Assembly (NCBI GenBank): GCA_951406725.2
Contig: OX597817.1
Span: 44,826,001-44,890,000 of the forward strand
Direction: 5' to 3'
From: Octopus vulgaris
Lineage: Eukaryota
Length of the DNA: 64,000 bases
Below are positions 13,292-27,371 of the stretch, piece by piece. The notes under the pieces were generated by a model. The model was given only the letters and a program-made list of their open reading frames with translations, made no database searches and was not told the DNA's origin. Position numbers and translations under genes: made by a program. Position 1 is the stretch's first letter. Each line of letters starts with the position of its first letter.

Positions 13292-13592
13292 TGGAGACAC
13301 AATGGCCCAGTGGTTAGGGCAGCGGACTCGCGGTCGGAGAATCGCAGTTTCGATTCCCAGGCCGGGCGTCGTGTGTTTATTGAGAGAAAACACCTAGAAA
13401 GCTCCACGAATCCCCGGCAGGAGGGGTGGCGACACCTGTTGTACTCTTTCGCCACAACTTTCTCTCACTCTCTCTTCCTGTTTCTTGAGGAACGCTGCGA
13501 TGGACTGGCGTTCCGTCCAGCTGGGGGGAACAGATACGCCACAGAAACCGGGAAACCGGGCCCATGAGCCTGGCCAGGCTTGAAAAAGGCGA
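13292..13592 (+). mobile_element. tRNA-derived SINE, family C
   Basis: ATGGCCCAGTGGTTAGGGCAGCGGACTCGCGG...GTTTCGATTCCCAG head, shared with the copies at 26036 and 63809. The 3' end GAAACCGGGAAACCGG is shared with family D. Confidence 0.85.
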
Positions 13593-14039
13593 CGTTTTTT
13601 ATCGTAAGATACCATGCATTGTGGCGGATTCAACGTTTTAAATGCGTAGACATGCCTGCGTGAACAACGCAATCGTAATATGTCATACAAACTAACTGAA
13701 AAATACCAAATACTTTTAATGTTGAATAGAAACACATTGGGGATATGGAAGAAACAACGATGTGCTTGGAATTGAAAATTTTGCAGTGAAATAATACGCA
13801 GAAAATTCTGTAGCAATATTTACATCTGGAATTATATATCGTTCCAGAATTTTGAAATGTCTTTTAAGTGTTTGAAATGCAGTCTTGTCTTTTTGAGGAT
13901 GCAGGATATCGAATAGGATTTCTTGGCAAAGCAAGGATTATATGATATTAAAGGTGCTTAGAAACGAGTTTTCTAGATGTAACTTGATATCATTTAATCC
14001 ACAACAGGCGAAATAAGAAAAAAATGTGAATGAAACAAT

Positions 14040-14081
14040 GACAATAACAACAATAATAGATATAATAATAATAATAATAAT

Positions 14082-14155
<74 letters not shown>

Positions 14156-14220
14156 TGATGATGATGATTACATTTACTTGCCTCAAGGGCGAAGGATAAT
14201 AATAATAATAGTAACAGCAA
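14040..14220. repeat. Compound (AAT)/(AAC)/(GAT) microsatellite
   Basis: Direct inspection. Confidence 0.95.
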
Positions 14221-14704
14221 CCCCTGAGGCGTTTAACATGTGAGAACATAAAACGCTGCTCCGAAATCTATCCAAAAACATCCAGAATAAAAATACATGG
14301 AACCTGAAATAGTTGACAAAGTGTTGGATTATATCCGATTAATTAATTATCATTGAAATTTATTTCTATTTTTCCACATGAAATGATGTATTTTAGCTGT
14401 GTACCCTCTCCATTACTCGCACATGCGTAAATACGTTCGCCACATATTGGTTCAAATCAACAACAGACCGTCTCCGTCCCCAACCCTCATGCACAAAAAA
14501 TGAAAAATAAAGTACTCAATACCCGTATTATTTAACCCAACGATAACAAACGGGGAGCGCGTGCATTAAACTTAGGATGTAAAGACGCGTGAAATAACGC
14601 TAGTCCTTTTACCCGGCGTGCTTTTTTTTATTTTTTATTTTTTTTTTAATTTAATTTTTTTTTAGACATTCATTAGTACAACACCAAAAACTCCCCCCGC
14701 CCCC

Positions 14705-14820
14705 AAATATATGGCACACTAGGCATAACAACAACATGAACTTCCAACCTGTTGTCTCTTGAGGTCTCTGGGTGAGACATGGAGCCAACTTGTACAAATA
14801 TAAAGCAAAAGTCAAACATA

Positions 14821-14895
<75 letters not shown>

Positions 14896-14902
14896 TAATA
14901 AT
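14705..14902 (+). mobile_element. Possible non-LTR retrotransposon 3' UTR ending in an (AAT)n array (R4/Dong-like)
   Basis: A unique segment runs into (AAT)n at 14822-14902. Dong-type elements end in or target TAA repeats. No coding part is visible, so the call is tentative. Confidence 0.3.
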
Positions 14903-16877
14903 CAGGTTGTGGCTCCCTTGGCTTCTGATCTTAACTGACTGGAAGTGTTATCATGTACATTCTTTTCTCTTGGTATAAAAAAATGGGCGACGGCAAATAT
15001 TCTGCTCAATACCACAGATTTGCTTGTCAGTTGTTTGATCTTAACCAGTTGAGCATCTTCCTTAGTGGCTGACGAAAGGTGCATCTCTGATTACGAGCAT
15101 AAGTAGTGGTGGGGGGGGGCATCATAGCCATCTACTGAGAGGGATGATTCTTTCGGGTTTGAATAATTCACCTCTGGACACAAATATCCTTTGGTGGACG
15201 AAATGAAAACAGCAAGAATGCAGATGAAATAGGCAGCAGAATCACAGAACCCAGTGTACGAGTAGTACATCCTAGCAGTGAAGCTGAAAAAAAAGTAGTG
15301 AAGAATGAGTGCAGCAAACATGCAGATTAAAAGTAAATAATAACAACAACATCATCATCAACAACAACAACAACAGCAACAACAACAATAATAATAATAA
15401 TATTGCTAAGAAACAAACGGTATTTCATATTTGGAGGAGGAGGCTATTCGGTGGCTTTGATCCCACTATATCTCTGACACTTTATTTTAAAGACCTGTCT
15501 ATATTAGTAAATATCAGTGGATCGAAACTTAAGTGCCATCTCCAGACTACGGATTAGCTGATGTTTGTAATTTTGGCAGCATTTGATTATACAACAGATG
15601 TCTTTGCTCAACGCCACTGGTACTGTTCGAGGGAAAGGACGAAGCAAATACAGTCTTCGCTAGAATGAAGTAAAAGTTAACCTCAAACCGTTTTAGTGGT
15701 TCAGATCCTGACTTCTATTCGATTAATCCATCGCAGCACCTGATTGTTTACGGTACTCTTTTTTTTTAATAATTGCAATTTTTTAAGGCACGCCGTACAA
15801 AATGCTTAACGGCATTTGCTTTGGGGTTGAAATACCGGAATCTATTTTGCTTTTCAACCTTTTGGAGTTGATAAAATAAGTACCAGCCGAACACTGGTAT
15901 CGAAGTAATTGACTTCGCTCCCTCTCCGAAACTGCTGGCCTTGTGCTAAAATTCGAAACCGGTAATTACTGTCTTTTATTATCTAAAATATAAATAACGA
16001 TAAATAAAATCGCATATATTGAGAAGTGTTATTTGAGAATGGTACACCGTATATACCTACATTTGAATATTTATGGAACAGACAATGAATATATAACTGG
16101 CAATGCATGTATGTGAACGTAAGCCATATTTTTATGTGTATGTGTGTGCGTAATCCTTTGTAAGTGTGCACATGTCTACGTGCAAGTATACTTGTGTGTA
16201 TTTATAAAATAAACGTCCCCGCCATAATACAATGCATTTAGAATGGAAACTGTGTTACCTGTCTGTGAACGCTACAAGTGTATTTTAATGGCAATCAAAA
16301 TGACGAAAATGATGGAAATCGATTAGTGAAAATACTCAGAGATTTGACAGCATCGTTTCAAGCTAAATTGCCACTTGCTGCAAACAAAATCGTAGAATCC
16401 TTTTCAAAAATGTCACTTGAAACTGCTGCAGCAGAAAATTCCCAATAACTTTATCATGCTAAAAGATTGCAAAGTAATTTCAACAATGGCACCAGTTAAA
16501 TAATAAAGAGATATTTCATAAGACAGCCATGCCACTCCAAATATTTTCGACAATTTCTTACTGTTACTTCTGCAGTAATTTTGGCAGAAGTGACTATCCA
16601 TTATTGGCATTATTCTATCCGTACATGTCAATGAAGAGAAAATCACGTTTACTAAGCAAGCTTATAAGTCTACATTTCAGAAACGTCATTGCGATATTTG
16701 TAGTATAATATGACATGATATGTGTTTAGTTAAACTGGAATGAATTCAGTTTTATGTAGCCGTGTCAGTTTCTAAATACTTTTTAAGCGACACTTTATAC
16801 TGTTCATATTTTCACATCACTTCACTTTTCAGTCACGCCAAATTGCGTCAGACTAGTTTTAATATAATAAGTAATAA

Positions 16878-17140
16878 CAATGATAATATTTGTTATTTCT
16901 ATCGTATTAATAACGGTAATAATAAATGATTTATTTGAAACTCTATATTGCAACGAATTTTAACATGTATGTGGATGTATATAGTCGGTTTCTCAGGAGT
17001 TCAATAAATTTTATTTGTAATATTTATAATATATATTATTCATAATGATATTTATTATTCCTATCGTATAATTAACGGTAATAATTAACGATTTATTTGA
17101 AACTCTATATTGCAACGAATTGTAAGATGTATGTGGATGT
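16878..17140. repeat. Diverged ~100-bp direct repeat, period ~160 bp
   Basis: ctatcgta..taacggtaataa..gatttatttgaaactctatattgcaacgaatt..atgtatgtggatgt occurs twice. Confidence 0.9.
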
Positions 17141-19181
17141 TCACTCATTTTTATAATTGTATTTTTAGACCAAATACAACTGGGTGTGTATATAGAGACG
17201 TAAATAGATGAGGTAAGACACCTAAGTAACGAAGCTGATTCTTTTGTCAGTCCCTTTCATGCTAGCAAGAATAATGATAATATATTCATTATGGAATAAA
17301 TGTAAAACAAAACAGGAATATCAGTTTAAGAAAGTGATGGAGGAGCTGGATTACTTCTAATTCACTAATAATGTATTGTTAAGAAAACTGGGTGCAACTT
17401 TTAAATAAGACCAGGAATTAATCAATTTGAGAAAATAATGTGAAACAATACAGTATCAAGAAAGAGGAGACATAATTAATGCATCTCTGTATGGAGGAGA
17501 CGAATAGTTAATGAATACATCTCTAGCCAAGTGGCTCTATGAAGAAATATCAACTTCAGAGTCAGATACTATACTATACAAGCACATAGATAACGGTAAA
17601 TGATGTGTAAAGCATAGTTATGCATATATGAAGCAGAACACAGACAGAAAAAAATGGTCATAGCTCACATGATATCAAACTTTAATAATTTTCAAAACCC
17701 ATTGATCATTGAATTGTTAAAAATATAGATATTTATTTACCTTGCGTACAATAGCTTCAACAGATTTTAGATTCATTACACAACCAAATTACCAAAATCT
17801 GTTTTATTAATATACTCTGACTGCTTTTTCCATTTAGATTTTTTTCTATTCTTTGCTTTTTATGCGGCTCATAGAACACCAGATAATTTTCATTTAAAGA
17901 ATTGTCTTTCTTTGTCACTAGTCAGTGAAACTCAGTGAGTCCTCACAAATAACTATTTATTCATGCTGTTGTTTGTGTATATATATATTGAGTAATGTAT
18001 GTGGATATGTGTATGCAAAGATATAGCAAGCATAATTCAATAATTCAACATATATACATGGAAAATATAGAGATTTGTAAACGACTTTGAAATTTAACGA
18101 TGATAAATTATATCAACGTTCTGTGAAACATAACTTTGCAGAATTTTGACTTTCACAGTATTGAAACATTCCTGGAGAATGGCAAGGGAGATGCGCCTGG
18201 ACAGCCTCACTGACTGGCGGGCCTCGCTCTTGCGGACAGTCGTCTCTGCTCCGATTCTATCAAACGAGCTTGGGCATTCACCGAACGAACCAAAGCCCCT
18301 TTATACAAATACCTGACCTAACAGAACTAAGAATCAATTTTATCCCATATCACATTCTCCTACCATGGGAAAGAAAAGGGCTTAATATATAATGCCTAGG
18401 TCTAGACTTACCTCCAAATTGACAAGATAATCGAAACAGGATGGATTAAACTGATGATAGATATACCTAATCAGGACTAGTTTCGAGGTGGACAGTATTA
18501 ATAATATAATATTCTCATCAAAATGATATATAATATCTGTTTTTGCCTATTTGAATGAAGTGAAGCATAGAGGATTAGGTGTCGCTGACCAAATTAACAA
18601 TGAAAACATTGTAATTTAATTCCATCCATAAAACTATGAGAGATGTATCTAATTTCAGATTAGCTCTGCCAATTGTATTCTTTCGACTTTGGTATTTGCA
18701 TGTTGTCATATAAGGGATTATGTATTTATGTATTAATGAGCTGTGATAATCTATTAATGTTCCTTCCTATAAGTGATTATGTGTTATTTATGTGTAATTG
18801 TTGAAGCGTCCGGTTTGAGCATGTAATTATTTATGCCAGCAGTGATTTGCTTGAAATGAAGTGTATCTCTACTTTTTGTGTCTGTATTTGTTATGCGAAT
18901 TTATATATACAGGCTATTGTGTACATTACGTCATTATATCGCCGTTTGAAGCTTGCAGGTGTAGCAGGAAAAATATCAGATAGAATATCTTATTGTATTT
19001 AGGTAATTCTGTGTTCAAAAGGCACAGAAGTCAAATTGTCTTTCCTCTCTCAAATGATCAATATATTACATGTCTCCGAAACACTGGAATCGATTGAAAC
19101 TGAAACACAACAGCCTTCATAAAATGTGTCTCCCATACGAATGTTGTTATAAATACATTTGTGGTTGTGCGTAATATAGTT

Positions 19182-19224
<43 letters not shown>

Positions 19225-19348
19225 TATATATCTGTGTAATTATATTTAATATGATATTATATAATCTTAAATAACGCTGTGCTTAATTTACTGAGGATCT
19301 AAGCCAGTGGATATGCAAGAGAACATTTAACAGTAAACAATATATATG

Positions 19349-19394
<46 letters not shown>

Positions 19395-19407
19395 TATATA
19401 TATATTT

Positions 19408-19456
<49 letters not shown>

Positions 19457-19547
19457 TATACATGTATAATCAGTGAATATATATACGTGTGTATACGTGT
19501 GTGTGCGCACGGACATGATTATGTGTGTGTATATATGTATATGTATG

Positions 19548-19617
<70 letters not shown>

Positions 19618-20955
19618 TTATATATATATATATGTACATACATATATACTACGTATCCATATAGACACATACAGGACACGCACGCTGCTTTCTATTGGGG
19701 AGCGAGGGGAATATTTTTACGTGATATGGTGCATGAAATATTGCATAGCATGTGTGATATATATTTTGTACGTATGTAGATGTCAAGATAAATCTATAGA
19801 AGACATTTGGTGATTGTTCATCACAAGATATATTTCTGAAGTAAGGAAAAAGAGAAAATATGAAATCATAAAGATTCAATATATGGCATTGCATATAATA
19901 TTGATTAAATGTCTATTGTCTTCATTTCATTGTGAATCTTGATATATCTACCGAGTCAACTGCCTAGAATACAGCATTCCTGGCACAATGGGGGATTGTG
20001 TGTATGTGTATAAATACATATATATTTACATATGTACATACACATATATACGTACAGATATGTGTGTGTGTGTCTATATGTGTGTGTATGTGTGTGTGTG
20101 CTTGTGTGTGAAAGAATGAACCCTAGCTACCTCTTGTTGCATATCTCCTTATGTTTGCTAGTCAATTGTTCTTTCCTTACAGGTTAACGTACCCTCACTC
20201 ACCCTTCCAGATCTCATGCATGCACACACCCATGTATGTATGTCATGTGCATATATATATATATATATATATATACATATGTGTGTGTGTATGTGTATAT
20301 ATATATACATCATGCATGCATACATATATATATGTATATAAATATATAAATTATACATACATATATATATATATAAATTATCCCATCTTCAATATTGCAT
20401 AGGATCAGAAAATTCAGATATCTTCATATGATCAGGGAAATATATCTGCTTTTTAAGCCTTTTATTAAATGTCATACAACCCCTTCTCTTGCTTATCATC
20501 AACATCAGTGTCATCTTCACCTTCATCTACCTCACCAACCTCAATATCAATAACCACAACAACGACAGCAGCAACATGAGCAGCAGTTAAAAATATTAAT
20601 GTAATATTGAAAAAATATATACAAGCATTGGTAATATAAATAATGAAAGAATGTGATTCTAGAATTTGTATTTTGTCATAAACAAATTCCAATAGAATCG
20701 AAGAGGCTCTTATATTTAGGGGCTATAATTGGATTGTATTCTGGGTATATACATTTTTATCGATAAAGATGACTAACCTTTCTTATTTGCGATATATGAT
20801 TATCTGGTAATTGTGTCATCTTTATTTGAATCTAAGGCTTTCTTTAAGCGTGGATGAATACATCGTGAATGTGATATCTTATTGTTACGTCAGAAATATT
20901 ACTTGTTATGTGATCGGAAGCCAAGTACACAGCAGTGACAATAAAAGTTATCTAT

Positions 20956-21369
20956 AGAGGCGCAGGAGTGGCTGTGTGGTAAGTAGCGTGTTTACCAACC
21001 ACATGGTTCTGGGTTCAGTCCCACTGCGTGGCACCTTGGGCAAGTGTCTACTACTATAGCCTCGGGCCGACCAAAGCCTTGTGAGTGGATTTGGTAGACG
21101 GAAACTGAAAGAAGTCCGTCGTATATATGTAAATATATATATATAATACGTGTGTGTGTGTGTTTGTGTGTCTGTGTTTGTCCCCCTAGCATTGCTTGAC
21201 AACCGATGCTGGTGTGTTTATGTTCCCGTTGTTTAGCGGTTCGGCAAAAGAGACCGATAGAATAAGTACTGGGCTTACAAAAGAATAAGTCCCGGGGTCG
21301 ATTTGCTCGATTAAAAGGTGGTGCTCCAGCATGGCCGCAGTCAAATGACTGAAACAAGTAAAAGAGAAT
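20956..21369 (+). mobile_element. SINE family A
   Basis: Full-length copy. Confidence 0.9.
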
Positions 21370-21857
21370 ACATGTCTGCATGACGATGAGTACATTGGAC
21401 AAAACTTTTACTGATCTTTCCTTGGGTTCTTTAGGCCAAATTAAAGATATTATTTAAGTACTGGGGTATAATACAACATGATACCCTTAGCTGCGCTTTA
21501 ACCTAATGTAACGAATATTTCAATTTCATACTTTTGCTACGCATCTAGCTTTCCATGTGCATACATACGTACATTCATGCCTACATATGTATGCAACTGG
21601 CAAAAACATCAGAGAGTCAGTCTCTTCAATCAGCTAGTAGCGCTTCTTGCCCTCTCCGAAATGCTTGCACCTCACCGTCTGGGTAGGTGGCGCTGCAAGC
21701 TGATCTAGGTGTATACACATCATTTGTCAACAAACGGGATATATTTTCTGTTACAAGACGCAGTGAGTAGCTTGTTTATAGTTACGAACGTGCCTCAAGC
21801 ATATTCGCACTGATAACATTTCAGTTTTACTTGTCACTACTTAGTGCCCCCCCCCTG

Positions 21858-21893
<36 letters not shown>

Positions 21894-21900
<7 letters not shown>

Positions 21901-22057
21901 ACAAGATAAGGGCAGAAGAAAAATTCTAATGCCAGATACGCCGAAACAAAAAAAATGTCCATAGCCATTAAATTTAAATTTAATGGTTATCGACAATTTT
22001 TTTGTTTCGGCGTATCTGGCATTAGAATTTCTCTTCTGCCCTTATCTTGTAAATTAT
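21894..22057. repeat. 164-bp near-perfect zero-spacer palindrome
   Basis: 82-bp arms centred on 21975/21976, about 4 mismatches, no indels. Confidence 0.95.
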
Positions 22058-22140
22058 GTATAAATTTTACCTTTAAATGCATTTTTTGATATGCTGGCCA
22101 TTGATAAAATTTTTTTCGGAAAAAAATTTTATCCTATATC

Positions 22141-22171
<31 letters not shown>

Positions 22172-22200
22172 CTAGCACTATGACCCGGCGCTGTCGGCTT
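22172..22200 (-). mobile_element. Helitron 3' terminus
   Basis: Minus-strand hairpin CCGACAGCGCCGG followed by CTAG^T abutting (TA)n. The 5' end was not located. Confidence 0.5.
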
Positions 22201-22555
22201 TAGTGCTAATCAAGCATATTTGGTCTTTCATGAAATTCTCTCTCTCTTGTCATTCACTTGGTCTGACTCGTTAATTATTCCCTGCATTTCTGAAATCAAA
22301 AAAGCGTGCACGTTTGAAAGACCAGATTTAAAATGGTTGTTGGGTTGTAACGAAATCTTTTATTATTACGTTACAAATTACATAGACTTTATGCGTTTTA
22401 CACTATGGAATGATAATATGCCATGGGTAATCATTACAAAGATGGTTGCATAATTTCTCTTACAGTTAGGTAATAAGAAGACACCCATAATTGATTCCAC
22501 TGGTAGCTTCTTTCATTTAGCTTGGCATACACGCAAGCACACACACACACACACA

Positions 22556-22604
<49 letters not shown>

Positions 22605-23146
22605 ACACGCACACACACACACATGAATAATTGGCTGAGAACCTATCTTCTCAACAGCACAGATGTTTTGAAATCATTAACAAAAAAATTTTTAAGTTCT
22701 CTCTTTTCTTTCTTCGTCTTAATAGCAAAAATAATTAACCTCACTATGTGTTCCTCTTACCGCTCACTTTGAAATAAAGATACAAAAATAAAACGACAGT
22801 ATCACATTTTATTGATATAGTAAAAATGCTTCATTATCCGATTAGTTACCGATGGCCACTACATCCATGTTTTCGTAGTAAGTAGTATATTCTTGTGTTA
22901 GACTTCGTGTGTTTTACTCCAAAAGCAGACATGTTTTTTTTTCTGATGTGGACTTGTTGTGACCATTAACTCATATCAGGTATAGCTGGATTATTTTTTC
23001 AGTTACCCGTTGTTTACCTTTAGCGTTTATATATTTGATTAATAATATATAATATTCGTTCTCAGATATGCTTTAATTTTTTATGTATCGCCATGCCATG
23101 TCTGACTCAATTAAACTATGCCACCAGAGAAATTTTCCGGTAGGCA

Positions 23147-23529
23147 TCTCTCTCTATATAAACGGCAGTTTGTCTGTGCGTGTTTCTGTGTGTCTGTTTG
23201 CTTGTACCCTCACCCTGACCACGGCTTTCAACCGATTCTGATGAAACTTGACACACACATAGCCCAATGTCATAATTCAAAACTAACGCAGCGAGAATTT
23301 TGAAAAGTTCCCCCAGTTCTGAAAAAAATCGATAAATTCGACATGGGGTCGAGAATCAGAAACACAAACCGCAAACTGTCTAGGGGACGCAACTCCACCT
23401 TTTTTCACTCTCAAAAAAATTTACCATCATTTTTTTCCATTTTTTTGCTATTTTTTGGCTATAACTCTCTAAAAATGCTTTATAGTTATTTCCCTTACAA
23501 ACCTGAGCAACGCCGGGCGATACTGCTAG
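23147..23529 (+). mobile_element. Complete non-autonomous Helitron
   Basis: A^TCTCTCTCTATATAAACGGCAG start, subterminal hairpin CCTGAGCAACGCCGGG (23502-23517), CTAG^T end. Confidence 0.85.
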
Positions 23530-26035
23530 TTTAATATATTGCTTAGATCCTCCTTTTCCATGATCAAGTTTGTAGTTATAAATTGGTTGATCATTAATAA
23601 AAATATATACTCATGTGAGGTTTTGCAGCGTTCCTTTCTTTTTATGAAGTATTAGGTTGTTTGTGACAGATGTGGTGATAAATTTTGCGTTATGTATTTG
23701 TAAGCTGTAGAAAGCCAGGTTATGGGTCATTGATTTGTTACTTTTCCTCAATCTTGTTAAGCATCTATGCAACCTTATAATAAAACTTTTGGGATATTTA
23801 CACTTCTTGCAGCCTCTAACTTAGTTTTCGTAGCGTCTTGTCTGATTTTTATTTTTATGTTTGCAATGCGTAGAAAAATCTGCATGGTACACAAGCACAC
23901 ACACACATTTTGTCTCTGTCCATATTTCTCTCCATGAATGCTTTACTCCTGCTATTGCTTTTGTGAGTGTTTTATTATGTTTTAACACTGTTTCTCTTGA
24001 AATCGAACTTTGACGCTTTTCAGGCCTGCAGATTCATTGTGCTTCACCGAGAACCATTTGTCTCGGGAATTCTTATATTTCATTTATTAACTGTTTAATA
24101 CATATATCTGCGTCATCTGCTTTCATTCTTTTCAGCTGTAGGCTTTCGTCATTTATTTTGTTCGTTTTCCATGCTGCTTCGTGTGTCTTTAAATCTGTGT
24201 AAGTGAAGTTCTGACAGGGTATCCATCCTCTGTTGTAACTACAATCACACATGCATATACAATTTAAATTATATTTTGTAATATTAAAGTTTGTGGATTT
24301 TTTTCCGATTAATTTGTGATGACGATGCCTGTGCCTTTTCATCGTAATTTGTCTTCGGGAAGTATCTTCGTAAAATTGTAATTCGTTAATGAGTTCCAAC
24401 ATGTGATTGTTGTATTTTTGATTTAAACCTTTACCCGACTACGACAACCTTATAATTTCCTCATGCTCCATCTCCCTAGCTCATAGTACTTTTATATTCC
24501 TTCGACCTGGTCCAGTTTTGTTGGGTATATTGTATGTGATCTAAGGAATTATTTAAATGTGTTTTTTTAAATTCTTTTGTATTGTCCGTTCCATCGTGGT
24601 GTCCTAAGTTTTAAATGTTTGGATCTATTCCATCTCACTCAGAGACTATCCAATTAATTTTTTTTTAACTATACAGTTTGAAACTCCAAAACTACTGGTA
24701 GAATTTCTCATTTAGAATACGATTTACTCTTAAAGCTGTTGATAAAATCTCGGCTGTTTGCGATAGTAATGGAAGAGGAACAGCTTCAGGGTTCTCACTA
24801 CTAAATGTCACCACTCTGTTCTATTCGTATGGCGAGCGAAGAGGATGCCACCTTTATCCTTTCTTCTTTTCTAGTCAGCACTGTGCATTCCTTACTCTTT
24901 CCTTCCCTTCTACACTATCAACTAGCAACCAGTGAGCGAACTTTTCACTGCCACTACGGTTACCGTATTTTCCGGTATAAGCCAATATTTGTTTTGTTTT
25001 ACCTTCATGTTTTGATGTTATTTTTTTTTATGTAATAAATACTTTTATATTGGCGAAATATATTTGTTGTTGATCATAGTAAGATAAAATCATGACAATA
25101 ATAATAATAATAGTTGTAAAATGAAGCATACATATACATCAACAACAAAAAAGCTAGCATTGGATTCGTTGCTCTAGAAGTCTCTTAAACACTGGCGCGC
25201 TTTATGTGTGGATAAGATACCGATGACGGGCGACAAATCCTTATATGTAAATAATATTTCTTCCTTTTGGTGGTGATTCTTCGATGGTGTTGATTCTTCG
25301 AATAGAGTGGTAATATTTAGTACAGATGACCCACAAGTTGTTCCTCTTCCATTACTATCGTAAACAGCAGTATCTTCTACGTCGTTGTTTGGTTCAAATT
25401 ACCTGACGACGGCAATTTAACACGAAATAACTTCTAAAATACGAAATTTTGTCCAAAACGTTCCGAATAAACCGTGTTCTACGTGAGAAATTGTACCAGC
25501 ATTCGAAGTTTCAAACTGTTTAGTTAACAAAAATTAATTTAAATATCTGGAATTGAGATGGAATAGATCGAAATGTTTTTAATTATGCTCGAAATTTGTG
25601 TCCAGCCAATTGGAGGCCTCATCCTTTTTAAACCGATGAAAATCACTGCTTTACTTATTTTCTAAGTTTTATTATATCGGGTATTTTTGCTTATACAGGA
25701 CGTAAACACACCAACCCCGATTCTCATGTGGTAGTAAACAAATATAAAGACGTACAACAGACATATTCACACACACACACACATCCCCACGCACTCACTA
25801 ACATATACACATACTTACGTACAGTCTTTTCTATTGCCTGTAGCCATAGTGCAAGACACACGCCCAGCGATATTGAACTTAAAACCAGTGCTTGCAAAGC
25901 GAAATTCTTAACCACTCAGCCATACCAGCACGTATAAGTTCATTGTACTCCAAATGAAGATCGAACTTACCACCATTATATTGCCAGCAATAAATTTGAA
26001 TCGTGAGATTGCTGCACTGACTACTGCATTACAAT

Positions 26036-26398
26036 GGAGGCGCAATGTCCCAGTGGTTGGGGCAGCGAACTCGCGGTCATAGGATCGTGGTTTCGATTCC
26101 CAGACCGGGCGTTGCGAGTGTTTATTAAGCGAAAACACCTAAAGCTCCACGAGGCACCGACAGGGGATGATGGCGAACCCTGCTGTACTCTTTCACCACA
26201 ACTGTCTCTCACTCTTACTTCCTGCTTCTGTTGTAACTGTAATTGATAGGGCCAGCCTTGTCACACTCTGTGTCACGCTGAATATCCCCGAGACCTACGT
26301 TACGGGTACACGTGTCTGTGGAGTTAATTTCACAAGCAGGCTGTTCCGTTAATCGGATCAACTTGAATCCTCGTCATCGTAAACGACGGAGTGCCAAT
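26036..26398 (+). mobile_element. SINE family C
   Basis: Head homologous to the copies at 13292 and 63809, with a different 3' tail. Confidence 0.85.
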
Positions 26399-26985
26399 GC
26401 TGCTGCATTACAGAGGCAGATAGAGAAGGGATATTTGGTTATTGGTTCATAAATATAAGCCTGACAATTATCTTGGGGATATTTATCACGGAAAACAACT
26501 AAAAACTCCCCAAGTTTATGGTATCCGAATTGTGGGAAGTCATGAATTATTACACGGTATCTTCCTATATTTGAAGCGTTTAATGTGATTATATTTCTCT
26601 TGTAATATTTTTTCGTTTTCTAATACATTTTCCATTACCACTTGCTGGCTGTCAGCTTTTGAGTTGTCACCATTATCGTTGTCATATTGGAGAGAGGCGG
26701 ACATATAAAGTGTGTATTCTATCATAATCAGATATCATCGCTCAAACAAAAAGGAAGACGTAAAGAGGATCTTCCCTCATCTAAAATCAAACTATCAATT
26801 AATTAATCATTCATTCTACAAGTCAATCATATGGCTTGTTTTTTTACGTCTTAAACGTTTAGGGATATCATCATTTCCTTTCCTAGTATAAACGTTAATC
26901 GAATATCGAATGTCAAATATTAATGAATGTCTTAAAAACATCTAAGTGACAGGGTACGTTTCCAAAACACTATATTAATAGCCTG

Positions 26986-27157
26986 ATGTATGTATGTATG
27001 TATGTATGTATGTATGTATGTATGTATGTATGTATGTATGTATGTGGGTGTATGTGTGTACATATATATATGTGTGTGTGTTTGCGTGTGTGTATACATA
27101 TGCATACATACGTACATATATGCATATATATATGTATATATATATGTGTGTGTGTGT

Positions 27158-27194
<37 letters not shown>

Positions 27195-27335
27195 CGTACA
27201 TATATGCATATATATATGTATATATATGTGTGTATATATAAATATATGCATATATACATGTGTGTGTGTATATATATACATATATATATACATACGTACA
27301 TATATTCATATATATTTATGTATATAAATGTGTAA

Positions 27336-27369
<34 letters not shown>
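26986..27369. repeat. Compound (TATG)/(TA)/(TG) microsatellite
   Basis: Direct inspection. Confidence 0.95.

Positions 27370-27371
<2 letters not shown>

Noticed and set aside
19346-19813. YIYIYI/THTHTH/IYLS/IIII ORFs here and throughout the window
   Set aside because: They are translations of stop-free microsatellites.
20465-20692. Acidic ORF EVDEGEDDTDVDD
   Set aside because: Decayed trinucleotide (CAT/CAA) repeat.
21680-21858. CTCF-like AGGTGGCGCTG
   Set aside because: It lies next to a probable DNA-transposon end (CCCCCTGTA), and a single motif is not evidence of function.
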